Source: an uncultured Alphaproteobacteria bacterium
Lineage (GTDB): Bacteria > Pseudomonadota > Alphaproteobacteria > HIMB59 > GCA-002718135
Length of the DNA: 64,000 nt
Assembly: GCA_902615625.1 (NCBI GenBank)
Contig: CACMPM010000006.1
Coordinates: forward strand, 10,173-74,172
Direction: 5' to 3'
Part shown: positions 45,475 to 55,140 of the stretch, piece after piece
Layout of the letters: every line of letters begins with the position of its first letter
Numbering within the stretch: the stretch's first letter is position 1
Notes under the pieces: model-generated
The model's input: only the letters and a program-made list of their open reading frames with translations
Told to the model about the DNA's origin: nothing
Database searches by the model: none
Made by a program: the position numbers and the translations under genes

Positions 45475-47333
45475 GTTCATTAGTTGGTTTTTTAAGCTTA
45501 GTTTTTGCCATAGGTATTAATTTTTACTTATTTTTATCTAGATACATATTTAAATTTCAAAAACATAAATTTAATTTATTTGTCCGTTTTTCATCATTAT
45601 TAACTTTGTTATCTTTTTTTTCATTAATGTATGCCTATGTGGTATCCGATTTCTCAAATTATAATGTCTTTCAAAACTCTCACTCAAATAAACCATTAAT
45701 ATATAAAATTTCAGGTACTTGGGGAAATCATGAAGGTTCGATGCTTTTGTGGCTAAGTATTTTATCTATTTTTAGTTTCTTTTTTTCTTTTACAAAAAAT
45801 ATAGAAGAAAGCTTTCAAAGATTAACTTTAATTATCCAATCTTTACTTCATATTTTATTTGGTCTCTTTATCGTGTTTACATCTAATCCATTTCTAGTTA
45901 ATTCAATTTTAGTAAATGAAGGTTTGGGTTTAAATCCAATTTTACAAGATCCAGGTTTAGCTGTACACCCTCCAATCTTATATGGAGGCTATGTTGGCTA
46001 TTCCATAGTTTTCAGTATTGCTATTGCAGGATTATTTCAAGATAGAGATGATGAATGGCTTTATGTTGCAAAGAAATGGTCATTGATTAGTTGGACTTTT
46101 TTAACTGGGGGAATAGCTCTGGGTTCATATTGGGCATATTATGAATTAGGATGGGGTGGTTGGTGGTTTTGGGATCCAGTCGAAAATATTTCACTGATGC
46201 CTTGGATTGCTGGGCTTGCGTTAGTTCATTCTCTCATGATGGTAAGAGGTGAGCAAGCTATTAAAAAGTGGATAGTGTTTTTATCAATTCTATGCTTTTC
46301 ATTAAGTGTTTTTGGAACATTTTTGGTAAGATCTGGAATTTTAACAAGTGTGCATTCATTTGCAGCAGATGCATCTAGAGGCATATTTATATTACTAATT
46401 TTTTTTATTGTAACTGGATTTGGTTTTTTAGTTTTCTTATTAAAAGAGCCAAAAAAATCAAATACTTTAAACTTGTTATTTATCAATAAGGTTTCAGCAA
46501 TTGTAATAAATAATATTTTGATGATTATAGCAACCTTAACTATCCTTTTAGGAACTATATACCCAATTATTATTGAGGTTTTATATAATAAGAGAATATC
46601 AGTTGGGGGCCCTTATTTTAATGCAACAGTAATTCCTATAATGATCCCTGGTTTTTTATTAATGAGCATTGCACCAATTTTATCCTGGCAGACAAACAAA
46701 ATACAAAATTCAAAAAAATATGTAATAGGTTTTTTTATCTTAAGTATTATGGTTCTGATTCAATCATATTTTTTAGATTTTAATACATGGGGCTTTATTG
46801 GAATACTACTTGGTTTTTGGATAATATTCGCCTCAATTATTGCAATCTTTTCTTCATACAAAGTTAAATTTACGATTAAGTTTTTCCAAATAGTTAATCC
46901 TCATATAGCTCATATTGGAGTTGGTATTGCCATAATTGGTATCACTTGTTCTAGTGTTTTTCAAAATGAACTAGATTTTAATATTAATGAAGGAGATAAA
47001 TTTAATGTAAATGGAAAAACAGTTTTGTTTGAAAAAATAGAAACAACTAATCAAATTAACTTCCAAGCTTTGAGAGCAAAATTTTTGTTTGATATTGAAA
47101 AAAATCAATCAAAAAAAATAGAGGCTGGAAAAAATTATTATCCTGTTTCTAAGATGATTACGTCTGAAGCTGGTATTTTACATCAGTGGAATAAAGATAT
47201 ATATTTTATACTTGGTGATCAAAAAAATGATGAGTGGTTTGTAAAAGTTTTAATTAATCCATTTGTTAGTTTTATATGGCTTGGAGTGATAATAATGATG
47301 TATTCAGGTTTAATAGCAGTTACAAGAAGATGA
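45471..47333 (+). CDS. ccmF: Cytochrome c heme lyase subunit CcmF
   Basis: 620 aa, polytopic, with the WGGWWFWDPVEN Trp-rich motif. Confidence 0.95.
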   Translation: MSSLVGFLSLVFAIGINFYLFLSRYIFKFQKHKFNLFVRFSSLLTLLSFFSLMYAYVVSDFSNYNVFQNSHSNKPLIYKISGTWGNHEGSMLLWLSILSIFSFFFSFTKNIEESFQRLTLIIQSLLHILFGLFIVFTSNPFLVNSILVNEGLGLNPILQDPGLAVHPPILYGGYVGYSIVFSIAIAGLFQDRDDEWLYVAKKWSLISWTFLTGGIALGSYWAYYELGWGGWWFWDPVENISLMPWIAGLALVHSLMMVRGEQAIKKWIVFLSILCFSLSVFGTFLVRSGILTSVHSFAADASRGIFILLIFFIVTGFGFLVFLLKEPKKSNTLNLLFINKVSAIVINNILMIIATLTILLGTIYPIIIEVLYNKRISVGGPYFNATVIPIMIPGFLLMSIAPILSWQTNKIQNSKKYVIGFFILSIMVLIQSYFLDFNTWGFIGILLGFWIIFASIIAIFSSYKVKFTIKFFQIVNPHIAHIGVGIAIIGITCSSVFQNELDFNINEGDKFNVNGKTVLFEKIETTNQINFQALRAKFLFDIEKNQSKKIEAGKNYYPVSKMITSEAGILHQWNKDIYFILGDQKNDEWFVKVLINPFVSFIWLGVIIMMYSGLIAVTRR

Positions 47334-47854
47334 GAAGAATATTTATTTTAACACCACTAATAGTACTTTTAATAATATGTACTTTTTTACTAACTTATTT
47401 ATTAAGCGGTAAAGATCCAAATAAACCACCAAGTGCACTCTTAAATAAAGATGTTCCTATTTTTGAAAGCAGTTCTTTGTACAATTCTATGGAGATAATT
47501 AAAACAATAGACATAAAAAATAAAAAAACCTTGATTAATTTTTTTGCTTCTTGGTGTAGTCCTTGTAAAATAGAGCATCCACTTTTTTTTGAAATTCGGA
47601 AAAAATACCCAGAATTATATTTGCTGGGATTTAATCATAAAGATCCAACTGCAGACGCCAAAGAATATTTGGAAAACGATGGAAATCCATATGATTTTGT
47701 TGGTGTAGATGCAGATGGATTAATTGCTTTAGAATTTGGTGTTTTTGGACTGCCAGAGACGTATTTAATTAATGATGATGGTAAGATTATCTTTAAATTT
47801 ATGGGTCCAATAACGAAGGATGTTTTAAAAAATGAAATCGAGCCACTTCTTTAG
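47330..47854 (+). CDS. ccmG: Thiol:disulfide oxidoreductase CcmG/DsbE
   Basis: WCSPC active site and a GVFGLPETYLI motif. I place the start at ATG 47330 (MRRIFILTPL), overlapping the ccmF stop, rather than the track's 47276. Confidence 0.9.
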   Translation: MRRIFILTPLIVLLIICTFLLTYLLSGKDPNKPPSALLNKDVPIFESSSLYNSMEIIKTIDIKNKKTLINFFASWCSPCKIEHPLFFEIRKKYPELYLLGFNHKDPTADAKEYLENDGNPYDFVGVDADGLIALEFGVFGLPETYLINDDGKIIFKFMGPITKDVLKNEIEPLL

Positions 47855-48218
47855 AAACTTACAAATAATAATTTTAAGTTGTATGTTTTTTTGTTTTAAA
47901 ACTTTTGCAAATGAAAATATTGATGAAAGAGTAAAAAGTTTAACCTTAGAGTTGCGATGTATGACTTGTCAAAACCAAAGTATTTATGATTCTGATGCTG
48001 AATTCTCGAATGATATTAAAAAAATAGTTAAACAAAAATTACAGAAAGGTGAAAGTGATAGAGATATCAAGAAATTTTTAGTTGAAAGATATGGTGAATA
48101 CATTCTTTTTCGACCACTTGTAAATTATAATAATATTTTCCTGTGGAGTTTTCCTTTTATATTATTGATATTTGGCGTATTTTTCATATTAATTAAGATT
48201 AAAAGAAAGAAGGTTTAA
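47832..48218 (+). CDS. ccmH: Cytochrome c-type biogenesis protein CcmH (CycL-type)
   Basis: 128 aa with a signal peptide, the LRCMTCQNQSI (LRCxxCQ) motif and a C-terminal TM helix. Confidence 0.85.
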   Translation: MKSSHFFRNLQIIILSCMFFCFKTFANENIDERVKSLTLELRCMTCQNQSIYDSDAEFSNDIKKIVKQKLQKGESDRDIKKFLVERYGEYILFRPLVNYNNIFLWSFPFILLIFGVFFILIKIKRKKV

Positions 48219-48294
48219 ACAATTTATTTTGTTTTTTTTTATTTAGCTTATATTATTCAACTATAATTTAGAATTACTTCTTTAAGGAGGAAAT

Positions 48295-49128
48295 GTGAAA
48301 AAAATTTTAATATACTTATTATCAATTGGTGTTTTTGGATTTGCTTCAATTGCAAATTCACAAAAAATTAGAATTGGTACAGAAGGTGCTTATCCACCAT
48401 GGAATAATCTCAATTCTGCAGGTGAACTAGAAGGCGCTGAAATAGATTTTGGAAATGAAGCTTGTAAGCGCATGGGAGTTACTTGTGAATGGGTAACTCA
48501 AGATTGGGATGGAATAATACCTGCTCTTCTTCAAGGCAAATATGACATTATTATTGCTGGAATGTCTATTACTGAAGAAAGAAAAGAAAAAGTTAACTTT
48601 ACTAATGGATATATGACCGATGGTGCAAGATTTGCTGTTTTAAAAAATAGTGGTTTAGCAAATTTAAATATTGCTGGTATGGCTAAAGTTAATCTTAATA
48701 ATGCAGGCGGAAAAGAACAGGCTGCAATAGGTCAACTAATTGCTTCAATGGACGGTAAAACTGTATGTGTGCAATCTTCTACAATTCATCAGAATTTTTT
48801 AGAAAAACACATGTCTGGTGCAGTAGAGGTAAAACTTTATCAAGCGGTTGACGATCATAATTTAGATTTAGCTGCTGGAAGATGTGATGCAGTTCTTGCT
48901 GATGTTGGTTCAATCATTGATTTTATGGAATCTGATGGTGGTATTGATGTTGCATTTACTGGCCCAACATTTTCTGGTGGAGTCTTCGGTGATGGTGTTG
49001 GTGGAGCAGTTAGAAAAGAAGATACAGATATCTTAAAGATGTGGAATGCGGCTATTGCAGAAATGTCAAAAGATGGAACAACTGCTGAAATTACTAAAGA
49101 GTGGTTTGGTAGAGACATTTCTATGTAA
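48295..49128 (+). CDS. Polar amino acid / opine-type ABC transporter substrate-binding protein (orphan)
   Basis: 277 aa with a signal peptide and a family-3 SBP pattern (IRIGTEGAYPPWN..., IIAGMSITEERK). GTG start after AAGGAGG. No permease or ATPase gene is adjacent. Confidence 0.85.
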   Translation: MKKILIYLLSIGVFGFASIANSQKIRIGTEGAYPPWNNLNSAGELEGAEIDFGNEACKRMGVTCEWVTQDWDGIIPALLQGKYDIIIAGMSITEERKEKVNFTNGYMTDGARFAVLKNSGLANLNIAGMAKVNLNNAGGKEQAAIGQLIASMDGKTVCVQSSTIHQNFLEKHMSGAVEVKLYQAVDDHNLDLAAGRCDAVLADVGSIIDFMESDGGIDVAFTGPTFSGGVFGDGVGGAVRKEDTDILKMWNAAIAEMSKDGTTAEITKEWFGRDISM

Positions 49129-49147
49129 ATACATCGCATATTAGTTG

Positions 49148-49176
49148 AAAAGCGGTCTACAAGACCGCTTTTTTTT
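49148..49176 (+). terminator. Rho-independent terminator after the orphan binding-protein gene
   Basis: AAGCGGUCU-ACA-AGACCGCUU 9-bp stem followed by a U run. Confidence 0.85.
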
Positions 49177-49224
49177 AATAAAATTATAGTAATAATGATT
49201 AAATAAAATTAAACAAAAATTATA

Positions 49225-49506
49225 ATGAATTCTCTTTTGTATTTAATCATCCAAATAATAAACCTATTTCAATTTGTTCTCATAATTTACATAATTCTAA
49301 CATGGTTAGTAAACTTTAATATAATTAATACAGGTAATAGATTAGTTTATAGCATCCTCGATGCTTTATATCGATTATGTGAACCAAGCTTAAATTTTGT
49401 TAGAAGATACTTACCTAATTTTGGATCTATAGATTTGTCTCCTATAGTTGTTTATCTAGGTTTGTGGTTTATTAAAAGTTTATTAATTGAGTATTGGCCT
49501 AGATAG
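49225..49506 (+). CDS. yggT: YggT family membrane protein
   Basis: 93 aa with two TM helices and YggT-like sequence (ILTWLV...FN..N...). Confidence 0.75.
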   Translation: MNSLLYLIIQIINLFQFVLIIYIILTWLVNFNIINTGNRLVYSILDALYRLCEPSLNFVRRYLPNFGSIDLSPIVVYLGLWFIKSLLIEYWPR

Positions 49507-49508
49507 TT

Positions 49509-50387
49509 ATGCCACAAATCTTAGATGGAAAAAAAGTAGCGCAAAAATTGAAAGATGAGCTAAAAATAGAAATTGATAATTTAAAGTCAAAATTTAATTG
49601 TGTTCCAGGATTAGCTGTAATTCAAGTAGGAAATGTTTCTGCAAGTAGTGTGTATGTTAAAGCTAAAACAAAAGCTGCTAAAGAAGTTGGGATTAATGTT
49701 TTTGATCATCATCTAGAGGAGACAACTAACCAAGATAAGTTAATCAATTTAATTAATCAGTTAAATATTGATAAAAATATAAATGGCATACTTGTACAAT
49801 TACCTCTCCCAAAAACTATAAATGAAGAGATTGTCCTAAATAGTATAATTCCAGAAAAAGATGCAGATGGCTTTCATCCGTTAAATGTTGGCAAACTTTC
49901 TATCAGCCAAAAAAATGATGAAAAATTATTGATTCCATGCACTCCTTATGGTTGTCTTTTACTTTTAAGAGAACTTAATATTAATTTAGCTGGTAAAAAT
50001 GCTGTGGTGATTGGAAGATCAAATATAGTTGGAAAACCTATGTCTCAATTATTACTCAAGGAATCTTGTACTATAACAACAGTTCATTCAAAAACTGTAA
50101 ATATTGAAAGTATTTGTAAAAATGCTGATATTTTAGTAGCTGCTATAGGTAAGCCTGAGTTTGTAAAAAAAAACTGGGTAAAAGAGGGCGCAATTGTTAT
50201 TGATGTAGGTATAAATAGAATCAAAATAAATGAAGAGAAATCTAAATTAGTTGGTGATGTTCTATTTAGTGAAGTGGAAAATATTGTAAGTGCAATAACT
50301 CCGGTTCCTGGAGGAGTAGGGCCAATGACTATTGCTTGTCTTCTAAGAAACACGACTATAGCCTTTAAAAATTCAAATAACGTATGA
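49509..50387 (+). CDS. folD: Bifunctional methylenetetrahydrofolate dehydrogenase/cyclohydrolase
   Basis: 292 aa with ILDGKKVA, VGNVSASSVYVKAK, ILVQLPLP and PVPGGVGPMT motifs. Confidence 0.95.
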   Translation: MPQILDGKKVAQKLKDELKIEIDNLKSKFNCVPGLAVIQVGNVSASSVYVKAKTKAAKEVGINVFDHHLEETTNQDKLINLINQLNIDKNINGILVQLPLPKTINEEIVLNSIIPEKDADGFHPLNVGKLSISQKNDEKLLIPCTPYGCLLLLRELNINLAGKNAVVIGRSNIVGKPMSQLLLKESCTITTVHSKTVNIESICKNADILVAAIGKPEFVKKNWVKEGAIVIDVGINRIKINEEKSKLVGDVLFSEVENIVSAITPVPGGVGPMTIACLLRNTTIAFKNSNNV

Positions 50388-50476
50388 AAATTAGCTATAA
50401 AGCAAAAGAGATTTAAAAAATAAAAATAGAAAAAAATTGAAATTAAAGATTTAAGGTTGTTAACTAACTAAATTTT

Positions 50477-51220
50477 TTATTTGTTCCCTTTTTTATGCTT
50501 TATATATTTGTTAATAAAGTTATCATGATCCATTACGTCTAAATCTTGTTTTATTGACCAATTACCAAGTATTTTTTCTTCATAATTGGAATGCTCTTGA
50601 GTATAATTTTTTAAAAACATAAACCGTGATCTAGTTGCATCAAGAGCATGACAATCAGTAAATGCAGGTAAACTATATATTAAGTCGTAAATATAATAGC
50701 TAGTATATTGAGTAAAAAAAATATCTAATAATTTTTGGTTTTTTTTATTTAGAAGAAGATTATTAAAACCAATAAACCCCGATTCTGTATAATAGCCAAT
50801 CCTATCATAAATTGATAACAAAGTATTTTCAGGTAAACATTTATTAAACCATGTATTAGGAATCTTACTAAGAAATTCAGTATCTGCATCAATATAGAAA
50901 AATTGTTCGGAGTATTTTCTTGCATCACTCTGAGCAAAAACCTTATAAGAAAATCTTACAGGATCTAATAAATAAGATACTTTTGAATTAATTTTAGACT
51001 TTTCTTTATTTCTCTCAATAAATTTGTAACATAAAGGCTGTTCTGTAAATAAGTTTAGATAAACTATATTTTTATTTTTAGGATATAAGTCTACATTATC
51101 TTCTACATAACAATAAAGTTTGAGACTTTGATCTGTTTTTATAAAACTATCAATAAGTTTGTTTGCGTATTTTTCAAATAGTGAAAAATTAAAAGTTGTA
51201 ACAAAAATTTTTTTAATCAT
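50477..51220 (-). CDS. Hypothetical protein, possibly a GT-A-fold (DxD) glycosyltransferase
   Basis: 247 aa. The only recognisable feature is YIDADTEF (DxD-like) after a Rossmann-like N-terminus. The functional call is weak. Confidence 0.4.
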   Translation of the reverse strand: MIKKIFVTTFNFSLFEKYANKLIDSFIKTDQSLKLYCYVEDNVDLYPKNKNIVYLNLFTEQPLCYKFIERNKEKSKINSKVSYLLDPVRFSYKVFAQSDARKYSEQFFYIDADTEFLSKIPNTWFNKCLPENTLLSIYDRIGYYTESGFIGFNNLLLNKKNQKLLDIFFTQYTSYYIYDLIYSLPAFTDCHALDATRSRFMFLKNYTQEHSNYEEKILGNWSIKQDLDVMDHDNFINKYIKHKKGNK

Positions 51221-51232
51221 TTAATATTAAGT

Positions 51233-52414
51233 CTAATTTTTTAATCTTAATGAAGAAATCTTTATAAAACCTTCTGCATCTTTTTGATTATAATCTCCTA
51301 CTTCATCAAATGATACCAAAGATAATTTATATTTGCTTAAAGGAGATTTACGTCCACTTATAATTATGTTTCCTTTATAAAGTTTTAATTTGACGTCACC
51401 AGTTACATTTTTTTGGGTTGAATCTATTAAATTTTGCATAGCAATTCTTTCTGAAGAAAACCAAAAACCGTTATATATAGTTTCAGCATACTTTGGCATA
51501 ATTTCATCTTTTAAATGAGCTTCCCCTCTATCAAGAGTTATACTTTCAATGGCTCTATGAGCTTTTAGTAATATTGATCCACCAGGAGTTTCATAAATAC
51601 CTCTAGACTTCATTCCTACAAATCGATTCTCTACAATATCCTCTCTTCCTATTCCGTGTTCAAAGCCATATTTATTTAATTCAGTAAGTATTTCATGAGG
51701 TTTTAATTCTTTTTGATTGATAGCCACTACATCTCCACCTTTAAAACTTAAAATAATTTCATCAGGTGAATTTTTAGAATCGTCTATTGATTTAGTTCTT
51801 GAAAAAACATACTCGGGCGCTTCTATCCATGGGTCCTCTAAAATCTTACCCTCAGAAGATGTATGCAGTAAGTTAGCATCAGTACTGAATGGCGCCTCTC
51901 CTCTTTTGTCTTTTGGAATAGAAATTTGGTTTTTTTCTGCAAAATTAATTAGATCTTTTCTTGAATTCAAATCCCATTCTCTCCATGGAGATATTACGTT
52001 TATTTTTGAATTATTTGCATAGTAGCCTAATTCAAATCTAACTTGATCATTCCCTTTACCTGTTGCTCCATGAGCTACAGTATCTGCACCTACTTCTTCA
52101 GCAATTTCAATTTGTCTTTTAGCTATTAAAGGTCGTGCTATTGCAGTTCCTAAGTAATAGGATCCCTCATAAATAGCGTTTGCTCTAAACATAGGAAATA
52201 CATAATTTTTAACAAATTCTTCTTTTAAGTCTTCTATAAAAATTTCTTTCACCCCTAGAGACTCTGCTTTTTTTCTTACTGGAGATAACTCTTCACCTTG
52301 ACCAAGATCTGCTGTGAATGTAACAACAGGACATTCATATTTATTTTGGAGCCACTTTAGTATAACACTAGTATCAAGTCCGCCAGAGTAAGCTAAAACA
52401 ATTTTTTTAGGCAT
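51233..52414 (-). CDS. argG: Argininosuccinate synthase
   Basis: 393 aa with AYSGGLDTS and the [13 protein letters not shown] motif. Confidence 0.95.
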   Translation of the reverse strand: MPKKIVLAYSGGLDTSVILKWLQNKYECPVVTFTADLGQGEELSPVRKKAESLGVKEIFIEDLKEEFVKNYVFPMFRANAIYEGSYYLGTAIARPLIAKRQIEIAEEVGADTVAHGATGKGNDQVRFELGYYANNSKINVISPWREWDLNSRKDLINFAEKNQISIPKDKRGEAPFSTDANLLHTSSEGKILEDPWIEAPEYVFSRTKSIDDSKNSPDEIILSFKGGDVVAINQKELKPHEILTELNKYGFEHGIGREDIVENRFVGMKSRGIYETPGGSILLKAHRAIESITLDRGEAHLKDEIMPKYAETIYNGFWFSSERIAMQNLIDSTQKNVTGDVKLKLYKGNIIISGRKSPLSKYKLSLVSFDEVGDYNQKDAEGFIKISSLRLKN

Positions 52415-52885
52415 TTAACACTCTTCAGTTAATTTATTATAAGCTGCAGTGAATCCATTAAGTGTATATGTATCAACAGTAACTGTACCTCTAGAAGACT
52501 CGCCTGTAACTTTAAGTTCAAGCCCTTTTTTCATAGCAAAAATTACTTTAGCATCTTCTTCTGTCCAAGCGGCGGTTGGCAAATCTTCGGTTGTATAAAA
52601 TTTGTATTCTCCTTTATCTATACTTATAATAATGTCAGAAGGAACTTTGTAACTATAACCAGCCTCTATTTGAACTACAGTGTCTGGGTTGCCTATATTT
52701 TTATAGACTAAAACGTAGAAGTCTCCTCTTTTCTTATCACTTGGTAAATCTGTTTCTGTTGCTAAACTACCAATGTAGCAATACTCATCAGCTTTCTCAA
52801 AAGACCATTTACCTTCTTCCAAAGCAATTAGAGTACTAGGAAGTGCTACATATAGTACAAGTAATAACTTAAGAATAATTTTCAT
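52415..52885 (-). CDS. Exported hypothetical protein (possibly IalB-like)
   Basis: About 156 aa with a signal peptide. Cys residues lie near the N-terminus of the mature part and at the extreme C-terminus, and the end ...LNGFTAAYNKL resembles IalB-family C-termini (weak). The stop abuts the argG start. Confidence 0.5.
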   Translation of the reverse strand: MKIILKLLLVLYVALPSTLIALEEGKWSFEKADEYCYIGSLATETDLPSDKKRGDFYVLVYKNIGNPDTVVQIEAGYSYKVPSDIIISIDKGEYKFYTTEDLPTAAWTEEDAKVIFAMKKGLELKVTGESSRGTVTVDTYTLNGFTAAYNKLTEEC

Positions 52886-52957
52886 CAATTGCTTCTTTTA
52901 GTATATCTTATGCAATTAGTTAAGAGTGATTAACCAATGTTAGAGTCTTTTTAAAAT

Positions 52958-53494
52958 ATGGAAAAAACAAGCCTAAATAACTTGATGAAAAAGATTCAAA
53001 AAGACCGCGACGAAATGGCTTTTTCTCAAATATTCGATTTTTTTGCCCCAAAAATAAATGCTTATTTTATTCAAAATAGAATCAAAATTGAGAGTTCTGA
53101 GGAATTAACTCAAGAGGTTTTAAGTACTGTTTGGGTAAAATCAAACCTGTATAACTCAAAAAAATCAGCTCTTTCAACGTGGATATTTACTATTGCCAGA
53201 AACAAAAAAATAGACTTTTTCAGGAAAAATTCCAAAACAAATTTCAAAGAAGAGGATATACGAGAATTTTTATACCAAGATAGAGAAGTTGATTTAATTG
53301 AAGAAAATGAGGCAAAAAAACAAATAGAAAGAATAAATAATGAGCTCGATGAACAGCAAAAAATAATGATAAAAATGAACTTTTTTGAAAATAAAAGTCA
53401 TAAAAAAATTGCGGATGAACTTGAAATTCCTTTGGGGACAGTTAAATCAAGAATAAGGCATATTTTAACTAAAATGCAGGGATTTTTAAGATGA
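52958..53494 (+). CDS. ECF-type RNA polymerase sigma factor (RpoE of the RpoE-ChrR type)
   Basis: 178 aa. Region 2 is STWIFTIARNKKIDFFRK and region 4 is HKKIADELEIPLGTVKSRI. ATGA-coupled to the anti-sigma gene. Confidence 0.9.
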   Translation: MEKTSLNNLMKKIQKDRDEMAFSQIFDFFAPKINAYFIQNRIKIESSEELTQEVLSTVWVKSNLYNSKKSALSTWIFTIARNKKIDFFRKNSKTNFKEEDIREFLYQDREVDLIEENEAKKQIERINNELDEQQKIMIKMNFFENKSHKKIADELEIPLGTVKSRIRHILTKMQGFLR

Positions 53495-54120
53495 ATGGAA
53501 CAGTAGTAAAAAACCAGCTTATATTTGATTTTGCATCAGGAATATTAGGTCCAGCAAAGTCTTTATTTGCTTCAACATACTTACAATTAAATTCTAATGC
53601 TTCTAAAATTGGAAGCACATTTGAAAATTTGTTGGGTGAAAATCTAATGGATAACGAAAACATTCATCCTAAAAATTTGAAGTATACAGACTGCATTGAT
53701 AGTGAAAATAGTAAACCTACTTCGAATATTAATGATCCATTAACTAGCTTCTTTGGAAACCTTAATAATTTAAATTGGAAACAAGTTTATAAAGGTTTCA
53801 AAGAGTATACAGCATCGATTGATGATAAAGATGAATTAAAATTAATACAAATGGACCCCGGAGTTTCCGTCCCACTTCACTCCCATGGTGGAAAAGAGTA
53901 TATATTAGTTTTAGAAGGCAGTTTCTGCGATGAATATGGTGAATATTCTAAAGGGGATATTCAGATAAATGATCAGAAAATAAAACATACTCCAATCGCG
54001 TCAAGAGATACTGGCTGTATATGTTTAAGTATTACTGAAAAAGATGTGATTTTCTTTGGTAAATATGGATCTTTCTTAAATTTATTTACATTTATTAAAT
54101 CTTTTTTTAAGCCAAAATAA
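53491..54120 (+). CDS. ChrR-like anti-sigma factor with a C-terminal cupin domain; the N-terminal domain lacks the zinc (HxxxCxxC) motif
   Basis: 209 aa. The cupin is HSHGGKEYILVLEGSF.DEYGEY..GD...KH. There is no His or Cys in the first ~57 residues. Confidence 0.7.
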   Translation: MNGTVVKNQLIFDFASGILGPAKSLFASTYLQLNSNASKIGSTFENLLGENLMDNENIHPKNLKYTDCIDSENSKPTSNINDPLTSFFGNLNNLNWKQVYKGFKEYTASIDDKDELKLIQMDPGVSVPLHSHGGKEYILVLEGSFCDEYGEYSKGDIQINDQKIKHTPIASRDTGCICLSITEKDVIFFGKYGSFLNLFTFIKSFFKPK

Positions 54121-54144
54121 ATTCATTATTGTATAACTCTAAGA

Positions 54145-55140
54145 GTGACCAAAATTCACGTCGATTTTATTAGAGGTAAAGAAATTGAAAGCACTCATCA
54201 AGTTAAAGCATTGGTAACAAATATTGATGGTAGAATTTTGTTATCTACAAATAATGATGATGATTTTTTTTTCCCTCGATCTTCAATTAAAGTATTTCAA
54301 GCAATTCCTTTCGTAATTTCAGGTGCAATCAAAAAATATAAGTTAAACGGTAAACACGTAGCTTTAGCTTGTGCTTCGCACAAAGGAGAGGGGTTTCATA
54401 TAAGTGAACTAAAAAAATGGATTTCAAAAATAAAATTAAAAACAAAAAATTTACAATGTGGTATTCATGGACCATTAGATAAAACAGCTTCAGAAAAAAT
54501 AATATATTCTAGAAATAAATTTAACGAGTTGCATAACAATTGTGCTGGTAAACACTTAGCTATGTTAACAAGCTGTCTATGTAATAACCATAGCATTACA
54601 AATTATTTAGATTTCAATCATCCACATCAAAAAAATATTAGAACAGTTTTCAATAAGTTCACAGAGACAAAATTATCAAAAAAAAATTTCTCTTTAGATG
54701 GTTGTAGCGCTCCACAATATTCATTCCGAATAAAATCAATATCTAAAGCCTTAAATAATTTAATTAAATGCTATAATAGTAATCTTGAATATTCAATAGC
54801 AGCAAGAATACTAATTGATTCAACTTTAAAATATCCAAAATATATTGGAGGAACAAAAAGCTTTGATACAAAAGTAATTGATTCTTCAAAAAGTAAAATA
54901 TTTTGTAAACATGGGGCAGAAGGTGTTTTTTTGTTTGCTCATTTGAAAAAGGGAATAAGTGGAGTAATTAAAGTAAAAGATGGTAATGAAAGAGCGATAC
55001 CAATCACCATAATGAATATTTTTAAAAAATTAAAAATTATGAATAAAAGTGAATTAAGAAACTTACAAAGAAAGGAAGAGTTTTATCTTAAGAACCATGC
55101 AGAAAAGAAGATTGGGTATATTAACTTTAAGATAATATAA
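54145..55140 (+). CDS. Asparaginase II family protein (Rhizobium-type L-asparaginase fold)
   Basis: 331 aa with PRSSIKVFQA, ACASHKGE and NNCAGKH motifs. GTG start. Confidence 0.75.
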   Translation: MTKIHVDFIRGKEIESTHQVKALVTNIDGRILLSTNNDDDFFFPRSSIKVFQAIPFVISGAIKKYKLNGKHVALACASHKGEGFHISELKKWISKIKLKTKNLQCGIHGPLDKTASEKIIYSRNKFNELHNNCAGKHLAMLTSCLCNNHSITNYLDFNHPHQKNIRTVFNKFTETKLSKKNFSLDGCSAPQYSFRIKSISKALNNLIKCYNSNLEYSIAARILIDSTLKYPKYIGGTKSFDTKVIDSSKSKIFCKHGAEGVFLFAHLKKGISGVIKVKDGNERAIPITIMNIFKKLKIMNKSELRNLQRKEEFYLKNHAEKKIGYINFKII

